A DNA stretch of 64,000 bases from Octopus vulgaris. Taxonomy: Eukaryota. Numbering within the stretch: position 1 is the first letter of the stretch; the number at the start of each line of letters is the position of its first letter. The position numbers were made by a program, and so were the translations under genes. The DNA lies in assembly GCA_951406725.2 (NCBI GenBank), contig OX597815.1, forward strand, positions 30,318,001-30,382,000. The letters run 5' to 3'. Shown one piece after another: positions 53,269-64,000 of this stretch. The notes under the pieces were generated by a model. That model searched no databases. It was not told the origin of the DNA and saw only the letters and a program-made list of their open reading frames with translations.

Positions 53269-53592
53269 ATACACAACCAAATACAATTCTTAGAAGTTAC
53301 CCACACCATAAAAATGTATCCCAGAACAAACTTAATATAAAGCCTCAGTTGTAACTCATCATGCTAGAAATAGCAACTAAATATCTTGCAAATCATATTT
53401 GACTTCCTTAAAAAAGGCAAAAGAAAAAGGAAAGAAAAGAAAAGCGAGACGCGTTTCATGATATTTGTCTAAGTTAAGCTGTGTTTGAAGAGAAAGCTGG
53501 AAAAGTCATGTCTGGAACGACTCTTCGATCAGAACTGATGTGGTTTAAATAGCAACAGCCAGGTTGTCACACTGTATATACATTAAGCTTAC

Positions 53593-54077
53593 AATATTTA
53601 CTCCAAGATTTCAAATTCCGCCGAGGTCGACTTTGCCTTTCATCCTTTCGGGGTTGATAAATTAAGTCCCAGTTGCGTACTGCCGTCGATCTAATCCACT
53701 GGCTCCCTCCCCCAAAATTTCGGGCCTTGTATCTAGAGTAGAAAAGAATATTTGCTCCAAGAGTTCAAATTTCGCCGATGTCGACTTTGCTTTCATCATT
53801 TCGGGGTCGATTAACTAAGTACCAGTTACGCACTGGGGTCAATGTAATCGACTTAATCCCTTGTTTGTCCCCTCTTTGTTTAGCTCCCTGTGGCCAATAA
53901 AGAAATAAATATTTACTCCAAGAGTTCAAATTCCGGCGAGGTCGACTTTGCCTTTCATCCTTTCAGGGTCGATAAAACAAGTACCAGTTGCATACTGGGT
54001 TCGATCTAATTGACTGGTCCCCTCCCACAAAATGTCGGGCCTTGTGCCTAGAGCAGAAAAGAATATTTACTCCAAGA
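53593..54077 (+). mobile_element. Array of three headless family-A SINE bodies separated by four copies of a 16-bp direct repeat
   Basis: aatatttRctccaaga at 53593, 53747, 53908 and 54062. Confidence 0.92.
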
Positions 54078-54640
54078 GTAAATTATTTAGCACATGCATT
54101 GGAAAGCCGATCTATCTAGCTATTTTATGATATGTAGCTGCGTTCATATTTCTAAATCTAAATTCTATCGACGTTGACTTTCTCAATTCTCCCTGTCCAA
54201 TAAAATAAATGACAATAATAACATTGGCAAAAGGAAAGTATTCGGTAGACCGTGAATCTTCAGCGTGCAGTTTATTACTTAATCTGTCAAAATTAACTCC
54301 AGACTAGCGGCTGACATATTCTCTAATGAAAAGAGATATTCTCGCTTTTACTAATAGCAGTTAGTCTTGAATTTCTTAAATTCTCCAGTGTTATAGTGCA
54401 TTCGACTAATTATAAATCATCTCTCCCTTCTCGTTCTCAGTTTCTCTTTGTTGTCCCTCTATGTTCATTTTTCATTCAAATATTCAACTATTTTTTTAAT
54501 TTTTCAATTTCTTTGGTTAGTCATTTTTAAAAATCCTAATTGTGTTGAATTTCCAGAATATTCCAATTGTGGGAACTAGGAACATCAAAATAGTAATTTA
54601 AAGAATTAAGATAATTTTGTCACACACACACACACACACA

Positions 54641-54680
<40 letters not shown>

Positions 54681-54749
54681 AGCACTCACTTTCTCTGTCT
54701 ACCTTTCTCTTTAGGTCTCTCAATCTCTGCCTGCCTGTCTCTGTCTGTC

Positions 54750-54793
<44 letters not shown>

Positions 54794-55517
54794 GACTTTT
54801 ACCTCTTTTCATTTTTACTAAAGAAAAAACCAGCATTGGCAAAATTTATTCAATGTTTAGTCTGAAGATCGAGCAACGTGAATATTTTGAATAAACTGAT
54901 AAAATGGCGCCAGCTACTACTTGTAGTGTGTTTAGTCAGCTGTGTTAAAACTGAAAAACTGGAGTCACTATCAATTTTTCAATAGTGGTTCAGTTTCCAT
55001 TTGATTATCTTAATCACGTGTTAATTTAAAGTGCCTGAATGAAACTGCATGAATTTCGTTCTTGCATAACAACGTTGAATGTTCTCGAAACTATTGAAAA
55101 TGCATTTGTTTAAAATCAATCATTTCGCGGAAGCTGATCAACATTTTATTTTAAAACCACTGATTGTTTTCGAGTGGAGAAGAAATAGTTATTCACATTC
55201 ATTCTTGCATTTTTTTAAATAATTTATATCCTTGCTCATTCATTAGCTATAGATATCCCCGCACTCCACTGAAATTTCTACTGAATACTTCATTATTGAG
55301 AGATTTTTAACGTTCAATAATCACTGCCAACATGCAATGTAATATTCAACAATGTTCATCTAAACAGAGAAATACAAACATATTCATATATATTTGCGTA
55401 AACAGTACAATAATCTCCAACCAAAACACACATAAACACAAATTTATGTGTGTTTGTTCACCTTCCTTCCACATTCAGTTAAGTTTTGATCGGATCGATC
55501 ACTATTTCTTTGTTTGT

Positions 55518-56103
55518 AAGGCGGCGACCTGGCAGATACGTTAGCACGCCGGGCGAAATGCGTAGCCGTATTTCTTCTGCCGTTACGTTCTGAGTTCAAA
55601 TTCCGCCGAGGTCGACGTTGCTTTTCATCCTTTCGGGTTTGATAAATAAAACACCTGTACGTATTGGGCTCGATATAATCGACTTAATCTGTTTCTCTGT
55701 CCTTGTTTGTCCTCTCTGTGTTTAGCCTTTTGTGGGTGCTAAAGAAATAGGCATTTCGTCTGCCGCTACGTTCTGAGTTCAAATTCCGCTGAGGTTGACT
55801 TTGCCTTTCATCCTTTCGGGGTCGATAAATTAAGTACCAGTTACAAACTGGGGTCGATGTAATCGACTTAATCCGTTTGTCTCTCCTTGTTTGTCCCCTC
55901 TGTGTTTAGCCCGTTGTGGGTAGAAAAGAAATAGGTATTTCGTCCGTCTCTACGTTCTGAGTTCGACTTTGCTTTTCCGAGGTCGACTTTGCCTTTCATC
56001 CTTTTTGAGTCGATAAACTAAGTACCAGTGAAACACTGGGGTCGATATCATCGACTATCCCCCTCCTCCAAACTTCAGGCCTGGTGCCTATATTAGAAAG
56101 GAT
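55518..56103 (+). mobile_element. SINE family A trimer with 13-bp TSD
   Basis: One head plus three bodies. tatttctttgttt at 55503-55515 and 56104-56116. Confidence 0.88.
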
Positions 56104-56999
56104 TATTTCTTTGTTTTTTTTCTCTTTCAAATGGATGAAATTTCACGTTCAAACCATCATACATTCTTCTTGAACCCTTTTTTATATATATTTTTATTTC
56201 TCATCATATGGAAAAGTAAATGTTCCCTCATTTATAGACTATAGAAAGCATCACATTCACAAACAAAATTGTGAAGGTATACATATGTATGAATGTCCGA
56301 CTAATATTTTCGATTCGTCATTTATATATTTATTTTATTGTTTATTAGCTGTTTTACAATTATCATAACTATATCCACGAAGGAACATTGCCTAAGATTA
56401 TGTATTCTAAAAGCAAAAATAACCAGAATTTGCATTTTACAAATGAATACCCACAAAGATATATCATCCCATCAAATCTTCTTAACCATTACCAATATGG
56501 CATTCCCAAACCTTCAAAAATTACATACGACCTCTTCCACAGATAAAATCACATTCACAAGTCTTTTCTTTCTATTCTTCAGAACTCCAGCAGATAACCG
56601 AAGAATATTAATCGCATAGAATTATGGCTTCAGTTCAAAACAGTTAAGATAACACCTACCAAATTCACCGTCTTCCTTCCTAGTAATATAACTACAGAAC
56701 ATTAAATACAAGCAACCATCTTATTTAACAACGTCAAATTGGCAATATTCTGAAAAGAAAAAATAAACATTATGATTTGGTGCGAAGAAAACCTCTTTAA
56801 GATTCACAGCAAATATGAAACACCTAAGGTTAAACAGGAAACGATCCACTTACGTAGATCGCTCAAGGACACCATACTTGCCTAACAAAATAACACAGTG
56901 TGGCTTGCAAAAATTACATGGAACCTATCATGGAATATACCAACTCTAACAGAGCCTCTAAACTTTCCACAACAAACATCAATAGACTCCTACGCCCAA

Positions 57000-57417
57000 T
57001 AGGCGCAGGAGTGGCTGTGTGGTAAGTAGCTTGCTTACCAACCACATGGTTCCGGGTTCAGTCCCACTGCGTGGCACCTTGGGCAAGTGTCTGCTGCTAT
57101 AGCCCCGGGCCGACCAATGGATTGTGAGTGGATTTGGTAGACGGAAACTGAAAGAAGCATGTCGTATATATGTATATATATATATAAATGTATGTGTGTG
57201 TATATGTTTGTGTGTCTGTGTTTGCCCCCCTAGCATTGCTTGACAACCAATGCTAGTGTGTTTATGTCCCCGTCACTTAGCGGTTCGGCAAAAAGAGACC
57301 GATAGAATAAGTACTGGTCTTACAAAGAATAAGTCCCGGGGTCGATCTGCTCGACTAAAGACGGTGCTCCAGCATGGCCGCAGTCAAATGACTGAAACAA
57401 GTAAAAAAAAAAAAAAA
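57000..57417 (+). mobile_element. SINE family B, full length
   Basis: Collinear with 52866-53268; A-rich tail. Confidence 0.92.
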
Positions 57418-58145
57418 GACTACAAATAATTCGAAGGACCATACTTCGTACTATCACTAATTTTTCACAGGCAACACCCATAGAGTTTATGTACAATGAA
57501 TTCAAAAACAAAAACTGAAAGACCGCAAGGTTCGTTACTGAATCAAAAACACACCACCAAAACTTATGAAATGGTATGCAATTTTCCCCCCAAGCACTCG
57601 GTAGTGTCTTCAAAACATGAGCACGCTACTGATATATCAATCTACAATGCCAATCTGTACCACTCATTTCAGAGAACCATAAAAATAGCATAAGAAAGAA
57701 ATTGTTGCACCATTATATGTTTATTGCCCCCACCCCCAACCCGAATACTTACCAAAAACTATCACACCAGAAGAACTGTAATTGTTGGGCTCTGGCTGTG
57801 TCCATTTATCTCACTTCCACTGTTACCATTATCAGAATTTGCAGTCTATGCTAATAGGCTGAATCCAAGCGTACCACACACCAACGATGGCTAGCAGGCC
57901 GAAACTCCTAAGTCACAGGCATCTTATTTTTTGTAAAATCATAAGAAATATAAATATTGCACTCCTAAATCTCTCAGAGAGAGTTATGCAGTAGCAGCAC
58001 GATTAACTGATGGCTTGTTGCCAACTTAATGTGACAGTCCCAGGAAGGGGAATAATGCTTCTGTTATTTGGCCCCAAGAAGCACCGTTTCTAGTTGGCTA
58101 CGCGACGCAATCGTTCAAACAGGATAGATAGTCATCTCCACCTAG

Positions 58146-58190
58146 CAAACCTGCGACTTCTTCCAGGGTAATTACCCTTCATCAGTCTGT
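58146..58190 (-). ncRNA. Degenerate hammerhead-like motif
   Basis: Minus strand caga-CTGATGA-a-GGGTAATTACCC-tGGAAG..ggtttg. Stem II is palindromic; GAAA box mutated. Confidence 0.4.
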
Positions 58191-58246
58191 AGTAGCTTGG
58201 CCTTGCTAGATGCTGCTGCTAAATATATATATATATATATATAGTA

Positions 58247-58466
58247 TACTCTTTTACTCTTTTACTTGTTTCAGTCATTTGACTGCGGCCATGCTGGAGC
58301 ACCGCCTTTAGTCGAGCAACTCGACCCCGGGACTTATTCTTTGTAAACCCAGTACTTATTCTATGATCACTTTTTGCCGAACCGCTAAGTGACGGGGACA
58401 TAAACACACCAGCATCGGTTGTCAAGCAATGCTAGGGGGACAGACACAGACACACAAACATTCACG

Positions 58467-58508
<42 letters not shown>

Positions 58509-58683
58509 TACATATATACGACGGGCTTCTTTCAGTTTCCGTCTACCAAATCCACTCACAAGGCTTTGGTCGGCCCGAGGCTATAGTAGAAGACACTTGC
58601 CCAAGGTGCTACGCAGTCAGACTGAACCTGGAACCATGTGGTTGGCAGGCAAGCTACTTACCACACAGCCACTCCTGCGCCTA
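58247..58683 (-). mobile_element. SINE family B, full length
   Basis: Reverse complement of the 57000-57417 type. Confidence 0.92.
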
Positions 58684-58689
58684 TATATA

Positions 58690-58746
<57 letters not shown>

Positions 58747-59539
58747 TGCGTGCGTGTGTGTGTATACATATAAATATGCATATATATATGCACATATGTG
58801 TATCCAAATATATACATATGTATATGTGGATGCCTGGATATATACATACATGTCTCAACATATCACATACATAATATACATACATGTCTCAATACGTCAC
58901 TGCCTTATTTAGCATTCCCTCTGGCAGTAAAACCTCGTTAATTCGAAGCACAATATTGCATTATTTTAATAGCTAAATCCACGAATAAAATAAAATAAAA
59001 TAATAACATTTCCCATTATTTAAAGGGGAAACTCCTTATAAAATACCATCATGCTGCTTTATTAGCAATCAGTCGGTCACACTTGGTTTATTTTTGCATA
59101 ATGGAGTTTTCAACCGTGGTTCGCTGTACCGCTTTTAAAAATTTCAATACTCTTGCTATCAAATCATGTCACATAAGCATGAAGCAATATCATTAGAAAT
59201 CAAATTAAAGACTATAAATATTTGAGAAAGAGAAGAAAAGTGTTTATCAGCATCATTAGCACTTGCATTGTTAAATTTTACAATATCTGTTGAAGTAATC
59301 TGGTAAAATATAAGTTGCCATGCTAAATTCAGGTGAGCGTTAAGCGTCTAACATGCCTGTGCAGTAAAATTATAACAAATCAAGACAGTATATTGCAGCA
59401 AAAAGTGGTAACCGTTCAGTAAATTAACCAGTGAAAAGTGTTAAATGTATTTAATCATTTAATTAGTTGAAACAAGAAGCTAAGGAAGTCGCTCAAACTT
59501 TTGTCGTTTCTCGTGGATGATATGAAAAATTCAGTCAGT

Positions 59540-59665
59540 TGTGGCTGCGTGGTAAGAACCTGCTACCCAACCACATGGTTCCGGGTTCAGTCCCACTGCA
59601 TGGTACCTTGAGCAAGTGTGTTCTGCAATAGTCTCGAGCCGACCAAAGCCTCGTGAGTGACTTTG
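59540..59665 (+). mobile_element. SINE family B, 5' fragment
   Basis: gtggctgcgtggtaag..ggttcagtcccactgc..gaccaaagcc. Confidence 0.85.
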
Positions 59666-61021
59666 CTGGCACTAATTTGAATATTATTCTAAATCTTGAT
59701 GGTGACACACAGTAGCCTCTGATTTAACTTTGTATTAGTAAATCCGATGTCTGTTTGTTCGTGCCTATCTGTGTGTCTGTATGTTTGTGTGTATGTGTAT
59801 ATATGTATGTATGTTTGTGTGTGATTTTGAGTTCATGTGCCTATAATGCGTGAAATTTATCATTCAAAGACTTGTGGTTTGATGCCTTCCTCTCCTATTA
59901 CCTTACCTCACTCTCTGTGGGCACACCGGCACACATACACGCGCGTGCGAACACACACACACACACACTCAAACACACACGTACGCACGCACAAACACAC
60001 ATACACAGTAAATAAAGAGATTAGCTAATCAATAAATTGAATTATTGAGAGACGGAAAAACGTGATATTAATTGACGCAATTGTGCCCGAGACTTCAATA
60101 TTTCGATACAGTTCTTCGCTAAAATTGTTTCTACCCAGAATTTGAATGCAGTAAGACTAAATATATTAAGCCATACGTAATTTATATTTCAGATTTTGGC
60201 CAGCCTTTATCCCTAGATCGTTAGATCGATAGACAGTTAGATAGGTATGTAGATAGATATGATGATAGATAGATGGATAGATACATGCATAGATACATAA
60301 ACAGACGGATATCTGCTAAGAATTTGCCAACTTATATCTGAAGAAAAAGATCTTAAGATGTAACTCCGAATAAGTCTGTTTTCAATATAGAATTATTTAC
60401 ATAGATTGATGGAGTGTTTAAGCAGACTTTAAAAGGTCACAGAGTGCGTTTGGTAGAATTACAACAACAACTACTAACAAATTTACTGTGAGAAACAAAG
60501 ACATCACATGACAAGCCAAAAGAAATCAATACTTAACAAAGATATATTATCGGCGAGATCTTTAGAACTTGTAGGACATTGCATGCCATAATAAATTCAT
60601 GTTTAAAAACATACAAATTCTACTTTATGCTCGTCATATCACGGGCAGACAAAACTACTTGTGAAGTATTGGTTTCTAAATTTAGCACAAGCCTAGACTT
60701 TTTATTGAAGAGTTAAGGGTGATTGGCGCTTTACCAGTATCCTAGGTGGTGATTATTTAATTAATTCTAAGGTGGAATGATACGCTAATGCGACTCCAAC
60801 GGGATCGGAATTCACGATGTAAAAGGTTTTAATTGAAAACTGCTGTATATTTTGACTGGAGATTTATTAATTAGGCTATTCACTGCCACATTAATAAATG
60901 TTAAAATATTATAAAATAATTCAACAGCATGGTACGACATCACATAGGCAATAAATACATGAATTCTATGAAATATATATACATATACACACATATTCAT
61001 ACATATACGCACATATTCATA

Positions 61022-61091
<70 letters not shown>

Positions 61092-63094
61092 AATGATAGA
61101 TATTAAGAGACCAGAATGTAATTAACTAGACTACTTGCAAAGATATAATAACCAAATAGCGTAAACGCTTGTAATTATACAGTAAATCTATGTTCAAACT
61201 TCAAGAAAGTAGTGCTATTAGAGCTAATGTAATACGATGTACAAAGAAACATGCTACAGGGAATACCTGTGCATTATCTTAGATCCTAAATGACATGCAA
61301 TACAGGAAACACCGTTTGCTTTAAGCTGAAATTACTGTGGGAACGATTAACTTCTAGTGTGATTCAGTCAATTTCAGCATCAATCCCTTGTGGAGTATGT
61401 GAAATGGCATGGCATATCATTATCTATTTTAGGCTCAAAGTGTATAATAATCCAGCAATTCAGATTAACAAAACATCTCTCAATTATGCCGTACTAACAG
61501 TTAACTACAACAGGGAAATATAGCTCACCATAATACTTATGAAGTGACACGAACAATCGATCCTCCGGCCAGTATATAAGGTCGCAACTCAACCAGAGTT
61601 AACGCTATGTTACATAAAAATATTAGTAAAAGGGAGATTGAAGTAAATGCTCAGAGCCGTATTTATTTCCATATATTGCTATCGTTAATATTGTTGTAGC
61701 TGTTATGACATAAAATAAGTACAAGTCATGTGAGAGAGTCAATTTAATAGACTATTTCCTTTACGTCTGCTCAAACAAAAGATTTTGTTTTTAATGACCG
61801 GACTTCCACGCTATATAGCAAATGGTAAGATCCTACTACTCTGTCTTACAACGCTGTTTCAAAACCCATACGAAATAACTGTTTATTCTACTCATGCTGC
61901 TAAAAACTTTGAAAAATACGTACATAGTGCATTTCGTCATCATAATAAAATATTCTTCAATGAGAAAAAACCTCTGCTATTGACTGGTGGACACAATTAT
62001 TCTTCTTTTCAGGTACGACAAAAGTAGGATGTAAAGCATCATCCATTAAACTGTATATAGCCAATGTAATCACACCCCACATAAGCATATTTCTGTGCTC
62101 CTATTGCTCTGGTTGTTACTGAATTATAATTTGAAATAATGGCGCTTTATTGAATCCTGAGTCTTCTTTCTTTCACATTTCAAAAAGTGTGAATAAGACA
62201 TTTGATGAAAAAGTTGTCACTAGTCACCATGAAGGCCAAAGCTACTACAAGTGGATTAAATGAAATGGATCAATTGAAATAATTTCGCAAATATATCCTT
62301 TATTAAGCTTATCGAAACTCTAGCACGTAGGTAAACTTTACTACAATTCCAATAATGGATGTTCTATGTGATCACTCAACCTTTAAAAATAGCGACCAAA
62401 TCTCCCTGCAAAGGACAGCGCCAATGTTTCTTTATTTGTTCAGGGCGTCTGAGCAGGATGAAGAGATGAATGTACCTTCAAACTAGAGACATGTACTAAA
62501 TATCTGCGACAAAGCGGACTCTATCAAAGAGACCCAAAGATGAGATGGTGGTGTGGTATTACGCAGGGTGACAGATTAAGACTGCCACTGAAAACTAAGA
62601 ACGAGAAATGATATTGCAAGGCGTCTCATCTAAAGCTTTAGCAATTCTGCCAATTCCCTACTCTAGAGAGAGATTTATATTTAATCGACCCCGAGAGAAT
62701 GAAGTTCGAGCCTCGATAGAATTTGAACTCAGAAGGCAGAACTAGAACAAATTTCACTAGACATTTTGTCCTACGCTCTAAGTACTCAACTAATTCACCG
62801 TCTTTTTCTAAGGACACATTAGATATTATAGTACTAAACTACGGGCTGGACATGACTAGAACGTCCTTGATTAGAGGTTTGATGAAACATGGTTGAATTG
62901 GGGTTCTATATGTCTTTGAGAAATTTGGCTCCATGGTGGCCCTATTAGCAACTTGGGATGAGGACAAACAGACCGATTTCGTATCAGTTTATCTGTCAAA
63001 AAAGGCTCTTGTGTCTAAATCTCACAACGCGGCTGAATACATATATGCATAGCTACTAATACTTATCTTTATTATTAATAGAATTGCAGAGTTG

Positions 63095-63235
63095 TTGGAC
63101 TAGCAGAATTGTTACAGCATCGGTATTTGTTCATGATGTTTAAGCTCTGAGGTCATTTCCGCCGAAATCCACCTTATCTTTGAACTTTCCGGGGTCGATA
63201 AAACTAAGCGTAATCGGGTTGGTAAAATCGACTGC
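63095..63235 (+). mobile_element. Old SINE family A relic (similar minus-strand relics near 48790-48920, 60680-60820, 62680-62800)
   Basis: ctagcagaattgttacagca..ggtatttg..ctctgaggtcatttccgccga..ggggtcgataaa. Confidence 0.55.
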
Positions 63236-63850
63236 TCTCTCTCACTCTCCCTTCTTTTCTCTCTCTCTCTCACTCTCTCCCTTCTTCTCTCTCACTCTCT
63301 CACTCTCTCCCTTCTCTCTCTCTCACTCTCTCCGTCCTTCTCTCTCTCTCTCACTCTCTCCGTCCTTCTCTCTCTCTCACTCTCTCCCTCCTCTCTCTCT
63401 CACTCTCTCACTCTTTCTCTCTCTCACTCTTTCCCTCCCTCTCTCTCTCTCTCCCTCTCATCAAATTCCTAGTAGACGAAAAATTATGACATTCATGACA
63501 TAAACTCATTTTACAAAAGAGAAATAATGTCAATAACGAACCGAGTTATCAGCGTCGATTAATATCACCATCGTTTATCTACCCTTCGTGTAACTGTTGA
63601 GAGTTGGCATAAAAACTTATATCACTAAGTTCTCAAGAAGAAAAAACAAAACGCAAATAATTCAGAAAACTAAAATTTTCAGTATACTTTGTACAGAAAT
63701 GTAATCAGTAACTGGATCAAGCTGACCCGCACAACGGAAATATGCCGCTCAAATAACGAGGAACACACTTTCATATAGATTCAAACTTAATTAACAAATC
63801 AGCTATGTTTGCGTTTTTCTTTTCAAGCTTTGCAGTATTTGTTGTTGTTG

Positions 63851-63882
<32 letters not shown>

Positions 63883-64000
63883 GGTGGTGGTAGTTACAAT
63901 AGTAGTAATGTATTATGTCTTCAATCAACTTTTCCTCTTTTTCATCATTATCATCTGCACAAATGTTATATATTATTATGTTATGTAAAAGATTATTCCT

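Noticed and set aside
53593-54077. CRISPR-like repeat-spacer appearance
   Set aside because: Spacers are homologous SINE bodies of ~140 bp, the context is eukaryotic and there are no cas genes.
54900-54912. AAAATGGCGCC YY1-like/start-context motif
   Set aside because: Single short motif followed by an early stop; no other promoter evidence.

Overview
AT-rich, microsatellite-laden eukaryotic DNA, intergenic or intronic, with no host exon I can support. The tRNA-derived SINE families suggest an octopod cephalopod (inference). Almost all ORFs in the supplied track are simple-repeat artefacts. The one real long ORF (24060-25817) is a 5'-truncated but uninterrupted Penelope-like retroelement (RT plus C-terminal GIY-YIG endonuclease, Naiad-like). 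It sits in a recent multi-junction rearrangement: identical 278-bp and 75-bp inverted arms, a 70-bp inverted internal piece and a 29-bp direct repeat. The window also holds other decayed PLE fragments, about ten minimal or degenerate type I hammerhead-ribozyme motifs, and several fold-back palindromes. Two fold-backs are tRNA-derived: one is linked to a hammerhead, the other is a tRNA-Arg(CCT) derivative. Three SINE families are present; one forms multimers, stacks at a single target site, and shares its 3' tail with a Tx1/L1-like LINE. Remnants of mariner, DD37D/maT, RTE, CR1/L2, Gypsy and non-autonomous Helitron elements fill out the window. All alignments and folds were done by eye; no database search was run.
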